Positions 44,594 through 55,425 of a stretch of DNA of 64,000 nt are shown piece after piece; within the stretch, counting starts at the first letter, position 1; each line of letters begins with the position of its first letter. The translations under genes and the position numbers were made by a program. Origin of the DNA: Oscillospiraceae bacterium (lineage in GTDB: Bacteria; Bacillota; Clostridia; Oscillospirales; Oscillospiraceae). The notes under the pieces were generated by a model. That model saw nothing but the letters and a program-made list of their open reading frames with translations, was not told the origin of the DNA and searched no databases. Where the stretch lies: contig SVKM01000001.1 of assembly GCA_015068465.1 (NCBI GenBank), positions 1,552-65,551 of the forward strand, in the 5' to 3' direction.

Positions 44594-45130
44594 ATGGGAA
44601 AGAATACGCGCAACACGATACTGGAAAGCTACAAAAGTTTGTTGGAACGGCAGGCCGCCGACCAGATCACGGCAACGGCGGTGATCAAGGAGTGCCATAT
44701 CGGGCGCAGCACTTTTTATTATCACTATCGGGACGTCTACGAGCTTCTGGACGATACGATACGCAGCGTTTTTGCCGACTGTGAGGAGGCTGTGCGGAGC
44801 GGAACGTGGCAGGATGTGATGAAAACGCTCCTGTATACCTGCCGGGACAACAAAAGCCTCGTCTACCACATCTACTATTCGCTGAAACGGGAGCATTTCG
44901 GACGCTTTTTCAACAAGTGCCTGATGGACGCCATTTCGGAGCACATCGCCGGGCTTGCGAAGGAGCGCAACACCGACGCGCAGCGCACGGAGACCATCAC
45001 GGAGATCGTTTCCTATTCCGCCATCGGTTATATCATTCATTTTCTCTGGCACGACATGGAGGACGATATCGAGGAGACCGCAGGCAAGCTCAGCGTTGTT
45101 TACGAGGAGCTGCTGGACCGGATGCTCTGA
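44594..45130 (+). CDS. TetR/AcrR-family transcriptional regulator
   Basis: ITATAVIKECHIGRSTFYYHY.DVY.LL helix-turn-helix. Confidence 0.9.
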   Translation: MGKNTRNTILESYKSLLERQAADQITATAVIKECHIGRSTFYYHYRDVYELLDDTIRSVFADCEEAVRSGTWQDVMKTLLYTCRDNKSLVYHIYYSLKREHFGRFFNKCLMDAISEHIAGLAKERNTDAQRTETITEIVSYSAIGYIIHFLWHDMEDDIEETAGKLSVVYEELLDRML

Positions 45131-45194
45131 GCGCCGAAAAGAGCAACGCCGCGCAGGCGGCGGGAAATAAAAAAACATTATGGGAGGGAACCGA

Positions 45195-47150
45195 ATGTTT
45201 AAGAACATGTTCAAAAAGCTCGGCTCGCAGATCACGGTGATCACCGTCGCGGCGGTGACGCTGCTCGCGGCTGTGCTGATGGTCGTCACCATCTCACAGT
45301 TCAAGGCATACAGCAACGGTCTGCTGCAGGAGCGCTCCAACGCCGGCGAGCGGGTATTGGAAACGACGCTGAGCGATGAGATCACGATCTGCTGCAGGGA
45401 TCAGATCATCCTGACCAAGGACGTGGCGACCATGTCCGGTCCGGCGGTGGCGATCGCCGGAAGGTTCGAGGAGATCTACAACCAGCAGTTCAGCTCGCAG
45501 AAGCACCTGTGCGTGCTCCTCGCCGACGAGAACGGCAAGATCCTCTACGCAAGCCCGACGACCCCGTTTAGCAGCTATGACTTCTCCTCTGTGGCGCGCG
45601 GCGCGACCATCAGCGGCGTCGTGAAGGCGGACGAGCAGCTCGTCGGCATGTACGCGAGCGCGGCGTCCACCGGCAGCGGCAACCCCTGCGTGATCGCGGT
45701 GGGCTTCCTGATGAGCGAGACCGACTGGCTCGACACGGCAAAGGCGGAGGCCGGCTGCGAATTCACGATCATCAATCAGGACACGCGCTACTCCACGACG
45801 CTTCTGAACGCGCAGGGGCAGCGCAACATCAACACCAAGATCGACAGCAGGATCGCGAACGTCGTGCTCAACGACAAGACCACTTACCACGGCGACACCA
45901 CGATCAACGGCGACCACTATTACGTTACTTACGCGCCGCTGTCCGACGTGAACGGCAACGTGATCGGCTCGTATTTCGCCGGCTCCAACTCCGAGGCGGC
46001 TGACAGGCAGTTCCGGAACGTCGCGCTGATCGCCGTCGCGATCGGCATCCTCGGCGCGGTCGGCATTGCGGTCTATCTCGTCCTCTTCACCCGCAGGCGT
46101 GTCAGCGAACCGCTCAACAACGCCGAGCTTTTCGCGCGGGAGATGCTCGCCGGTCAGCTCGATTCCACCTCCGTGACCTATCAGTTTGCCGACGACGAGG
46201 TCGGCGAGTTTGTCGGCGTGCTCAAGCAGGCGAAGGGCGGCATGAACGCCGTCGTGGGCGACGCGTCCCGCATTCTCGCCGCGATGGCACGCGGCGACTT
46301 CACCGAGCGGCCGCGTGTCGATTATCCGGGCGTGTTCCGCGAGATCCACAACAACCTCGATAAGATCGAAAGCGACCTCGGCATGACGATCCAGACGATG
46401 AACGCCTCGTCCGCCGACGTGCTCACGGGCTCCACGCAGATGGCGGAGGGCTCGCAGTCCCTTGCCGAGGGCACCACGCGCCAGGCGTCCGCCATCGAGG
46501 AGATCTCCGCGACCATCCAGGACGTCTCCACGCAGATCTCCGCCACCGCGGACAACGCCGCGCAGGCGGGCAGGCTCTCCGAACAGACGCAGGAAAAGGT
46601 CAATTCGCAGGACGCCGAGATCCAGAACATGGTCGCGGCGATGAACGAGATCAGCGACACCTCCAAGGAGATCGAGAAGATCATCAAGACGATCGAGGAC
46701 ATCGCGTTCCAGACCAATATCCTCGCGCTCAACGCGGCGGTCGAGGCGGCGCGCGCCGGCGAAGCCGGCAAGGGCTTCGCGGTCGTCGCGGATGAAGTCC
46801 GCAACCTCGCGACCAAGTCCCAGGAGGCGGCGAAGAGCACCTCGGCGCTGATCAACGCGTCTATCGCCGCGGTCGGCAAGGGCTCGGAGATCGCCACCGC
46901 CACGGCGGAGTCCATGAAGGAAGTCAAGGACATGTCCGCCCAGACGGCGAAGATCATCGTCGACATCGCTCAGGCAAGCCAGGAGCAGAGCGAGTCCATC
47001 AAGCAGATCACGGCGGGCGTCGACCAGATCTCCCAGGTCATCCAGACCAACGCCGCGACCGCCGAGGAGACCTCGGCGCTGTGCTCCTCGCTCAGCGGCC
47101 AGTCCAAGAATCTTCAGGATCAGGTCGCGCGCTTCAAGGTCAGCGATTGA
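45195..47150 (+). CDS. Methyl-accepting chemotaxis protein (Cache sensor, HAMP)
   Basis: Two TM segments, DEVGE HAMP motif, [34 protein letters not shown]. Confidence 0.95.
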   Translation: MFKNMFKKLGSQITVITVAAVTLLAAVLMVVTISQFKAYSNGLLQERSNAGERVLETTLSDEITICCRDQIILTKDVATMSGPAVAIAGRFEEIYNQQFSSQKHLCVLLADENGKILYASPTTPFSSYDFSSVARGATISGVVKADEQLVGMYASAASTGSGNPCVIAVGFLMSETDWLDTAKAEAGCEFTIINQDTRYSTTLLNAQGQRNINTKIDSRIANVVLNDKTTYHGDTTINGDHYYVTYAPLSDVNGNVIGSYFAGSNSEAADRQFRNVALIAVAIGILGAVGIAVYLVLFTRRRVSEPLNNAELFAREMLAGQLDSTSVTYQFADDEVGEFVGVLKQAKGGMNAVVGDASRILAAMARGDFTERPRVDYPGVFREIHNNLDKIESDLGMTIQTMNASSADVLTGSTQMAEGSQSLAEGTTRQASAIEEISATIQDVSTQISATADNAAQAGRLSEQTQEKVNSQDAEIQNMVAAMNEISDTSKEIEKIIKTIEDIAFQTNILALNAAVEAARAGEAGKGFAVVADEVRNLATKSQEAAKSTSALINASIAAVGKGSEIATATAESMKEVKDMSAQTAKIIVDIAQASQEQSESIKQITAGVDQISQVIQTNAATAEETSALCSSLSGQSKNLQDQVARFKVSD

Positions 47151-47177
47151 TTGAATGTTGTTTCCCAGTTTGTGATA

Positions 47178-47216
47178 CGGCGGGGCCCCGGATGCGTCCG
47201 GGGTCCCGTTGTTTTT
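47178..47216 (+). terminator. Intrinsic terminator after the MCP gene
   Basis: GC-rich stem followed by TTGTTTTT. Confidence 0.75.
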
Positions 47217-47264
47217 CGCTGCCCGCCGCCCCGTGTGGGCGCGCCGGAGCGCGCGATTTTGGAT

Positions 47265-47293
47265 TGGACATCAGCGAACAGGTGCGCTATAAT
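47265..47293 (+). promoter_or_regulatory. sigma70 promoter
   Basis: TGGACA-17-TATAAT. Confidence 0.65.
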
Positions 47294-47341
47294 GTGTAAA
47301 AATCCCCGGCGCCTCCGCGCCGGAAACGGAAAGGGTGAAGC

Positions 47342-47434
47342 ATGGCATATCAGGACACCAACGGCGAGGGCCGCCTGCACGAGCTGCACATCCCGACGTT
47401 CCTTGCCATGCGTTCGCAGAAGCCCGTGGATTGA
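47342..47434 (+). CDS. Candidate 30-aa small protein MAYQDTNGEGRLHELHIPTFLAMRSQKPVD
   Basis: RBS-like AAAGGGTG upstream; first ORF after the promoter at 47265; below the ORF-track size cutoff. Confidence 0.45.
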   Translation: MAYQDTNGEGRLHELHIPTFLAMRSQKPVD

Positions 47435-47504
47435 GAAAGCGGGCCGGGAAAGAAGACGCCGCGTTTGACGGGGAGACAGCGCCTTGCGCAGAAAGGATCA
47501 GGAT

Positions 47505-48086
47505 ATGACGGACTACGAAGCGATCAGAAAACAGGCGAGCGACGCGCTCCGGGAGCTGCTTGCCGCCGCACATCTGGAAAAGGGAGATATCTTCATTGTC
47601 GGCTGCTCGACGAGCGAGGTCATGGGCGCGCGCATCGGCAAGGGCTCCAGCCCCGACGCCGCGAAGGCGATCTACGACGGGCTGTACCCGGCGCTGCACG
47701 AACGCGGCGTCTATCTTGCCGCGCAGTGCTGCGAGCACCTCAACCGCGCGGTCATCGTCGAGCGCGAGGCGCTGGCGCCCGGGACGGAGATCTGCAACGT
47801 CGTGCCGCAGCTGCACGCCGGCGGCGCCTTTGCCATGACCGTGTATCAGAATGCCAAGCATCCCGCGGCGGTGGAGGAGATCGCCGCCGCCGCCGGCATG
47901 GACATCGGCGACACGCTCATCGGTATGCACCTCCGGCGCGTCGCCGTTCCCGTCCGCATTTCGATCAAGCGCATCGGGGAGGCGAACCTCGTCTGTGCGC
48001 GGACGCGCCCGAAGTTTATCGGCGGCGCGCGGGCACAGTACGACGACGCCCTTATCGGCGGCGAGGTGAAAAGGCAAAATCCTTGA
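47505..48086 (+). CDS. TIGR01440/YwlG-family protein
   Basis: IVGCSTSEV.G..IG..SS, AAQCCEHLNRA, GMDIGDTLIGMHL, RTRPKFIGG.RA. Confidence 0.92.
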   Translation: MTDYEAIRKQASDALRELLAAAHLEKGDIFIVGCSTSEVMGARIGKGSSPDAAKAIYDGLYPALHERGVYLAAQCCEHLNRAVIVEREALAPGTEICNVVPQLHAGGAFAMTVYQNAKHPAAVEEIAAAAGMDIGDTLIGMHLRRVAVPVRISIKRIGEANLVCARTRPKFIGGARAQYDDALIGGEVKRQNP

Positions 48087-48112
48087 CATACAGGAAGGAT
48101 TGGGGAGGCAAT

Positions 48113-48328
48113 ATGGATGAGATCAAACCGGGGCGCTACCGGCACTTCAAGGGCAACGAATACGAGGTTCTGACCCTCGCCACGCACTCCGAGACGATGG
48201 AACCGATGGTCGTCTACCGCGCGCTCTACGGCGAGCGCGGCGTCTGGGTGCGCCCCGCGTCGATGTGGAACGAGACCGTGGAGCGCGACGGGCAGACCTA
48301 CCGGCGGTTTACCTACATCGGAGAATAG
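48113..48328 (+). CDS. DUF1653-family protein
   Basis: GRYRHFKGNEYEV...A.HSET.E.MVVYRALYG...WVRP..MW.E. Confidence 0.92.
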   Translation: MDEIKPGRYRHFKGNEYEVLTLATHSETMEPMVVYRALYGERGVWVRPASMWNETVERDGQTYRRFTYIGE

Positions 48329-48416
48329 AAAACGGAACGCAAAACAAAGCGAAAATAATACGATTCGTATACAAAGAGGCGACCCCGCAGCGTGACGCTG
48401 CCGGGGCCGCCTTGCC

Positions 48417-50348
48417 TCATCTGTGTTCGTCGATAAAGCTGACAAAGTCCTCCTCGGACAGGGGTTTTGAGTAGTAGAAGCCCTGAATGTAGTCGCAGCT
48501 CATGTCGGAGACGGTCTTTTGGGATTCCGCCGTCTCCACGCCCTCCACGACGAGCTCCATGCCGATGTCCTGCATCATGCTCACGGTGTTGCGCAGGATG
48601 GACATGCCGTGGGTCTCCGCCATGCCGTCCACCAGGGATTTGTCGATCTTGATGATCTTGAGCGGGAGCTTGGAAATGCGCTGGATGTTTGAATAGCCGG
48701 TGCCGTAGTCGTCCAGCGAGAACGAATACCCGCGCTCGGAGAGCCGGCGGATGTTTTCGTCCATGATCCCGCCGATGCTGTCATAGGTCGTTTCCGTGAT
48801 CTCGAAGTTGACGTTTTTGGGCGAGACGCCGAACTTTTCCTCCAGCTTTTGGACCTTGTCGACCAGATCGCGCTGCATGCACTGCGTGACGGAGAGGTTG
48901 ATCTCCACATAGGAAAGACCCATTGCCTCGAGGTCGTGCTCGGAGATGAAGCGGAAGACCTCCTCGAGGACGAAGTCGCCGATGGGAAGGATCAAGCCGC
49001 GGCTTTCCGCGACGGGGACGAAGTAGCCGGGGGAGATGAACCCGTTCGCATTGTCGCGCAGGCGGATGAGCGCCTCCGCCGCGCAGAAGCGCTTTTCCTT
49101 GACGGAGTAGATCGGCTGGTAGTACATCTCGAACCGGCGCTCCACGATGGCGCGCTTCAGAATGCTGTCGATGTTGCGCTCGAGCGGATAGCTCTTGGAG
49201 CCGAGCAGCTCCGAGGCTTCGGTGTAGACCTGCTCGTAGGGCACCATGCCGAAGAACTCATGTCCCATGTAGAGGACGTCGTCGAACTGGCTCATGTCTG
49301 TGGGGCAGTTGATGTGGCAGACGCGCGGCAGGAGCCGGACGCCGGTCTTGGTGAAGTCGTCCATGACCTTGCGCCGCTGCGCGAACAGCTCGATGAGCTC
49401 GTACTGGCCCTCGTATTTCTCCGCGTCCGAAACGACATAGAGCGTTCCGGGGCGCTCGAAGTACATTTCGTGGTCGATGTGCTGCCGGTCGAACAGCGCG
49501 CCGATGTCTCTCGCCGCCTGCCGGATGTAGGCGTTGAAGTCGTTTTCGCCGAAATACGACCGAACCTCGTTGGCGTTGATGAAGCGGATGACGATGATCT
49601 GCTCGGTATGACGGGACAAAAGGACCTTGCGAACCTCCTGCTGATACGCGCGGAAGCTCAAAAGCCCGGTCTCCTGATCCGTGATCTCCTCCGGGCACAG
49701 CACGAAGAGCTGGATGAGCATGAGGATAATGGCGGCGGCGAACATCTCCAGCCTCAGATCGGGAACGAGCAGGCGCACGTGCAGCGCAATAAGGATCAGG
49801 ACGTAAAAGCCCATGAGCGAAAACCATTTCCAGAAATCCAGATACCGGCGTGAGAAAAAGAGATAGACGAAGCCGGCGAAGAAATACAGATAGGAGATCG
49901 CGTAGCTCCAGATCATCAGCGGCCCGCGCACATAGCCGCTCTCGGCGGTGATCCGGAACACGTTGTGCGTGAAAAGGTTCTGCGCCAGCAGCGCCAGCAT
50001 CACATAGTACGGCGCGGAGAGAACAAATTTTGCGCGCTTGTTCTTGATTTGGAACGTTGTGCGCGTCAGAGTAAAAAGAAACAGCAGATACAGCACGTTC
50101 ATGCTGGCGTGCAGCGTGATAAAGACGTAGAAAAGAAGACTGCCCGCCGTGATGGCGGCGTCGGTGAGCGGGGGGCTGCCCGCGACCATCATCTGCGCCA
50201 CCTCGGCGCAGGCGGCGGCATACGATACCCAGAGCAGCGCTGCAAAAAGACGGCTCGCGAGCCCCATTTTCCAGTTTTTCAGGTACATGGAAAACAGCAG
50301 CGTCGAGAGCACGAAAAGCGCGCAGATATCAAAATATGTATTGTTCAG
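48417..50348 (-). CDS. Membrane EAL-domain c-di-GMP phosphodiesterase with degenerate GGDEF domain
   Basis: Multiple TM segments; YQPI, AEALIR, EITET, DDYGTGYS, KIDKS, EGVET, QGFYYSKP. Start may be CTG 50348; the first standard start is GTG 50312. Confidence 0.9.
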   Translation of the reverse strand: MNNTYFDICALFVLSTLLFSMYLKNWKMGLASRLFAALLWVSYAAACAEVAQMMVAGSPPLTDAAITAGSLLFYVFITLHASMNVLYLLFLFTLTRTTFQIKNKRAKFVLSAPYYVMLALLAQNLFTHNVFRITAESGYVRGPLMIWSYAISYLYFFAGFVYLFFSRRYLDFWKWFSLMGFYVLILIALHVRLLVPDLRLEMFAAAIILMLIQLFVLCPEEITDQETGLLSFRAYQQEVRKVLLSRHTEQIIVIRFINANEVRSYFGENDFNAYIRQAARDIGALFDRQHIDHEMYFERPGTLYVVSDAEKYEGQYELIELFAQRRKVMDDFTKTGVRLLPRVCHINCPTDMSQFDDVLYMGHEFFGMVPYEQVYTEASELLGSKSYPLERNIDSILKRAIVERRFEMYYQPIYSVKEKRFCAAEALIRLRDNANGFISPGYFVPVAESRGLILPIGDFVLEEVFRFISEHDLEAMGLSYVEINLSVTQCMQRDLVDKVQKLEEKFGVSPKNVNFEITETTYDSIGGIMDENIRRLSERGYSFSLDDYGTGYSNIQRISKLPLKIIKIDKSLVDGMAETHGMSILRNTVSMMQDIGMELVVEGVETAESQKTVSDMSCDYIQGFYYSKPLSEEDFVSFIDEHR

Positions 50349-50565
50349 CTTGGATACACCCTTTCCCTGTCTGCAAACGCGGACAGTTTAACACGGTGCG
50401 CGGCACAGGTGCATATCAACTTTTTGATGGCATATATAGAATTTTTTAATCAAAACGCAAGCCTGCGACAAATCTGGCTTTACACCGGAGCGCTGTGCTG
50501 TTATAATAAAGTATTACAAACAGCAACTCAAACGGACGGCTCTTTTTTGAGCGGGAGGGCGAACC

Positions 50566-51762
50566 ATGAGAAGCATTGTGGCGTATACGGAAGAAATCGA
50601 CGATCTGGACGAAGCCTGTGAGGAGCTGTTCGGACAGGTGCGGGACTTTCCCCTCGCGAGCAACACAATGGCGATCCTGTTCACGGAGGAGGACACCGAC
50701 TATCCGGCGCTCTATGAACGCCTGTCGCGGCGGTGGGACTTTCCCGTGATGGGCTGTACGGCGATGGCGATGCTCTCGGGCGAGCAGGGCTACTGCCGCG
50801 GCGGCATCTCCGTATTGCTCCTGACGGCGGACGACTGCCGGTTTTCCGTCGGGATCACGGACGAGCTGGACGAGACGCGCTATCAGGAACAGATCCGGCG
50901 ATTGTACCAGGAGCTGGAAGCGCAGCACGATTCGCCGGTCAAGCTGGGCGTGTGCTATTATGGCTTTCCGGTGGATTCGCATGAGCTTTCCGGCAGCGGC
51001 CTGCTCGCCGTTCTCCGGCAGGCGGCGGGAGAAATGCCGATCTACGGCGGCACGGCGTCCGACAACCTGACCTTCACCGGGTACCGCGTTTTCTGCAACG
51101 ACCGCGAGATCAAAAACGCTCTGGCGCTTGCGCTGATCTCGGGCAACGTCAAGCCCCGGTTCGTGCGCGTCAACTCCGTGGAGCATACGGCGGCGTTTTC
51201 GTACGAGATCACAAAGGCGCACGAGAACGTGGTCTACCGGCTGGGCAAGCAGAGCTTTGTGGAGACGCTCAGAGAGGAGAACATGCGCGTCGACCAGAAA
51301 AACATGATGACCGCCTATATCCTCTCCCCGTTTGTGGTCACGGTCGATAAGGGCAGCGGGGACAAGGTGAAGGTCGCCCGCGTTCTCTCCACGCTGGATC
51401 TGGAGACCGGCTCGGGCACCTTCCTCGGCGTGATGCCGGAGGGCGCCGTGCTCAGCATCGGCCTCATCAACCGCGACGACGTGTGCCGGAGCGTGGAAAA
51501 GGCGTTCGCGGAGATCCTTCGGGAGCTGTCCAGGGAGAAAAACGAGTGCTCCACGCTTCTGGTCACCTCCTGCGCCGCGAGATTTCTGGCGCTGATGAAC
51601 GACCCGGCGGCGGAGGCGCAGGCCTACCTCGGGCGCCTGCCAGAAGGGGTGTCGCTGATGGGGCTTTACGCCCTGGGGGAGTGCTGCCCCGTCCGGGGAG
51701 AGAAAACCGGCAAGGAATACAACATGTTCCACAACTTTACCTTTACGATCCTCGCGCTGTGA
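50566..51762 (+). CDS. Stand-alone FIST-domain sensory protein
   Basis: GCTA, IYGGTASD, SCAARF..L, GLYALGECCP, HN.T; upstream TTTACA-17-TATAAT promoter. Confidence 0.88.
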   Translation: MRSIVAYTEEIDDLDEACEELFGQVRDFPLASNTMAILFTEEDTDYPALYERLSRRWDFPVMGCTAMAMLSGEQGYCRGGISVLLLTADDCRFSVGITDELDETRYQEQIRRLYQELEAQHDSPVKLGVCYYGFPVDSHELSGSGLLAVLRQAAGEMPIYGGTASDNLTFTGYRVFCNDREIKNALALALISGNVKPRFVRVNSVEHTAAFSYEITKAHENVVYRLGKQSFVETLREENMRVDQKNMMTAYILSPFVVTVDKGSGDKVKVARVLSTLDLETGSGTFLGVMPEGAVLSIGLINRDDVCRSVEKAFAEILRELSREKNECSTLLVTSCAARFLALMNDPAAEAQAYLGRLPEGVSLMGLYALGECCPVRGEKTGKEYNMFHNFTFTILAL

Positions 51763-51805
51763 CACCGGGCACGGCTTTGACAGACAGATGATGTGAGGAA
51801 AAGCA

Positions 51806-54237
51806 ATGGATGCAAGAGACGACGAGAAGCGGCTGGCACAGGAGAATAAAAAACTCGCAAGAGAGGTCAGGCGCCTGAACCAGGACATCGTGTTCCTGCG
51901 CGAGGCGATTGAGCAGTCTGCCCGCACGCAGGCATATATCCAGAGGGAGACCGATCGCCAGATGTTCTTTGTCGAGCAGCTGATGCGGACGGCGCCGAGC
52001 ATCCTGCTCCTCACCGACGACCAGATGAGCACGGTCATTACGTCCGACATGTTCCTGCAATATAACGACAAATACGACAAGAAAACGCTTCGGCGCGGCG
52101 TTCCGCTGCGCGACGCGCTCACCGGCGTGATTCCGGAGCCGGAGCTGGACGAGCTGATGGACAAGTCCCGCGCCGCGCTCGCGGGCGAGGAGATCAAGCC
52201 CCTTATTCTGCATGGAATGCGCGACAAGCAGCAGCGCTGGCGCGTCACCGTCCGCTGCATGAGAAAGAACGACGAGGTCGTGGGACTCAACATCCTGTTT
52301 ATTGACACGACGGAGATCATGGACGCGCTGGAGCGCGCAGAGGCGGCGGACAGGGCGAAGAGCAACTTCCTCGCCAAGATGTCGCACGAGATCCGCACGC
52401 CGATCAACGCCGTGCTCGGCCTGAACGAGATGATACTGCGCGAGAGCAGCGAGAAGAACACGATCGCCTACGCCGCCGATATCCAGAACGCGGGCAAAAC
52501 ACTGCTTTCCATCATCAACGATATCCTGGACTTCTCCAAGGTCGAGGAGGGCAAGATGGAGATTTTGCCCACGCAGTATGAGCTGGGCTCGATCATCAAC
52601 GACCTTGTGAACATGACGCGTTCGCGCGCCGAGAAGAAGGGACTGGAATTCCACGTTTTCGTGGACGAGACCACGCCGCACCTGCTCTTCGGCGACGAGA
52701 TACGCATCCGCCAGTGCGCGCTGAACCTGCTGACCAATGCGGTGAAGTACACAAAGACCGGCTCCGTGACGCTCACGGTCGGCTATGAAGAGGTGGACAC
52801 GGAGAAGATACGGCTCAAATTCACCGTTGCCGACACGGGCATCGGCATCAAGCCGGAGGACATGGAACGCCTCACTTCGCCGTTCGCGCGCCTGGAGGAG
52901 ACAAAGATACGCTCGATCGAGGGAACGGGCCTCGGCCTCGCCATCACCAGGCAGCTGCTCGGACTGATGGGCAGCTCGCTGCAGGTGGAGAGCATCTACG
53001 GCGAGGGCTCGGAGTTTTCGTTCGCCATCGAGCAGCGGTCGTCAAATGGTGGCCGGTGGGGCAGTTCAACGGGCGCTACGATACCGGCGAGCAGAGCGCC
53101 GCCGGACACGAGTCCTTCTTCGCGCCGGAGGCGCGGGTTCTGGTCGTGGACGATATGCCGGTCAATCTGACGGTCGTCAAGGGCCTGCTGAAAAAGACGC
53201 GCATCAAGGTCGACACCGCCGAATCCGGCGCGCAGGCGATCGTCATGGCGTCCAAGCGGAATTATGACGTGGCGCTGATCGACCACATGATGCCGGAGAT
53301 GGACGGCATTGAGACGCTCTGCGCACTCAAAAAGCTGCCGCAGGCGGCGGAGACCGTTTGCATCGCGTTGACCGCGAACGCGATCTCCGGCTCGCGGGAA
53401 AAGTATATTGACGCGGGCTTTCAGGACTACCTGTCCAAGCCGGTGGACAGCGAAAAGCTGGAGGAGATGCTGATGAAGTATCTCCCGCCGAACAAGGTGC
53501 TCATGGAGGCGGAGGCGGCGCCGGAGAGCGAACAGAAGCCGGTCGTTTTCGTGGCCGGCGGCGAGGAGACCTTCCGACAGGTGGAGGACGCCCTGGGCGA
53601 GGATTTCCGCGTGGAGATCTATCGCCCCGAAGCGGAGAAGAACGGCATGCGCTCCGAGCTGCCAGACTGGCTGTATCTGGTCGATGGGCTGGACGTGGAG
53701 CAGGGCCTGCGGAACTGCGGTACAAAGGAAACATTTCTCGATACGCTGACCGTCTACGCGCGGACTGTCGAGTCGAACGCGGATGAGCTTGCGGAATACC
53801 GGCGCATCGGGGACGTGGAGAACGAGATCACAAAGGTGCATGCGCTCAAGAGCACCTCGCGCATCATCGGCGCGGAGGCGCTCGGCGCCTTCGCGGAGCG
53901 GCTGGAGCTCGCGGGCAAGGCGGGCGATATGGATACGCTCTCCGGCGAGCTGGACGGCCTGCTCGCGCAGTACCGCGCGCTGGGCGAGCGGCTTGCGCTG
54001 CTGGTCGGCGGCGCAAAGCCGCAGAAGGCGCTGCCGTCGGTTTCGGACGAGCGCCTGCGCCAGACCTATGACAAGGTTCGCAGGCTGCTTGGGGAGCTTG
54101 AGTATGACCGCGCCGCGGCGATGCTGGATTCGCTGACCTGCGGCACGCTGCCGGCGGAGGAGCAGGAGCGGTTCGAGAAGATCAAGCGGGCGGCGGAGGA
54201 TTTCGCGTGGGATCAGCTGGAAGCGCTGCTTCCGTAG
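51806..54237 (+). pseudogene. Hybrid histidine kinase (PAS-like - HisKA - HATPase - REC - Hpt) split by a single-base frameshift near 53038
   Basis: ORF 51806-53170 carries SHEIRTP, NAVKYT and GTGLG; ORF 53056-54237 carries VVDD, DHMMP and VHALKS; adding one G at 53037-53038 joins them. Could be an assembly error. Confidence 0.8.
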
Positions 54238-54302
54238 AAACCGCGCATAGGGAAGGATACGAAAGGCTGACAACATCATACGAGCCGGAAGGGGGCATTT
54301 TC

Positions 54303-54617
54303 ATGAACTACGGCAGCGAACCGCTGTTTCGCGATCGCGTGAGGGAGGCGGTCGAAAAGAGCAAGGGAAGCTATGAGCTTGCGTATGTCGAGGAGGGCGG
54401 CAAGCATTTCGAGGCAATCGTCGTATCCAGAAAGTTCATCGAAAAGTTCGGCGCGCAGAACATGGCAAAGCTCTGGAAGAGCAAGGAGCTTCGGGACAGC
54501 CTGATGGTCATGTGCATGGATATGGGACTTTCGCACACGATCATCGCCGGCTCGGAGAGTGTGAACTCCGCGCTCAACGGCATGTTTATTTCAGACTGCG
54601 TCGAAATACAGATCTGA
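54303..54617 (+). CDS. Hypothetical protein (104 aa)
   Basis: RBS AAGGGGG before ATG; coding-like composition; no motif recognised. Confidence 0.65.
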   Translation: MNYGSEPLFRDRVREAVEKSKGSYELAYVEEGGKHFEAIVVSRKFIEKFGAQNMAKLWKSKELRDSLMVMCMDMGLSHTIIAGSESVNSALNGMFISDCVEIQI

Positions 54618-54672
54618 CCGGCATTGTGAAAAAACAGGCGCTATCGGGAATTCGGACGGGGAGGCGAAAGCG

Positions 54673-55410
54673 GTGACCGAAGCAAAGGAAAAGATCGAAG
54701 GCGTTCGGGATGGAAAACCGATGACGGGGAGAGAGAAGCTCTATCTTTCGCTCATTGCGCTCACGCTTCTCGCGCTCGTCGTCATGTTGATCGCCCGCCC
54801 GCGCCCGCAGACGGATGCCGCGCCGGCGGAAAATACCGCTGCGGACGCCGCCGCGGAGCCGAAGGTCGTTTACCGGGAGGTGGAAAAGCTCGTCGAGGTG
54901 GAGAAAACGATCGAGGTCGAGACCATCCGGGACGGGCTGCGCGACATGGGAGTGCTGCTCACCGGAGAATATTACTTCACCGATATCATCAGTTATTCGA
55001 GCGACAAAAAGCTCTTCAAAACAGACTTTGTGCTGCCCTTTACCGAGACGAGCTACACGATGCAGTATGACGGCGTCGTCAACGCGGGCGTCGATCTTTC
55101 CACCGCGCGCATCGAAAAGGACGACGAGCACAGGCAGATCACCGTCTTTATGAATAAGGCGGCGATCCAGTCGACGGAGATCGATTTTGACAGCTTCCGG
55201 CTCATCGGAGAGAAAGCCGGCATCGGCAACCCGGTTTCCGCGCAGGATTTCAACAATTCTCTGCGGGAGTTGAAGGCCTCGGCGGAGGAGAAGGCGATCG
55301 CGCGCGGGCTGCTGGAGCGTTCCGAGGAAAACGCCGAGGCGATGATCCGGCAGTTCATCGGCAGCCTGCCCGGCGTCTCGGAATACTCGCTGAAATTTAT
55401 CACGCATTGA
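54673..55410 (+). CDS. DUF4230-family membrane-anchored protein
   Basis: Single TM; L.T.EY.FT, YDG.V.AGVDL, A...GLLE.SEENAE..I. Confidence 0.8.
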   Translation: MTEAKEKIEGVRDGKPMTGREKLYLSLIALTLLALVVMLIARPRPQTDAAPAENTAADAAAEPKVVYREVEKLVEVEKTIEVETIRDGLRDMGVLLTGEYYFTDIISYSSDKKLFKTDFVLPFTETSYTMQYDGVVNAGVDLSTARIEKDDEHRQITVFMNKAAIQSTEIDFDSFRLIGEKAGIGNPVSAQDFNNSLRELKASAEEKAIARGLLERSEENAEAMIRQFIGSLPGVSEYSLKFITH

Positions 55411-55425
55411 CGGGGCGGTGACGGC

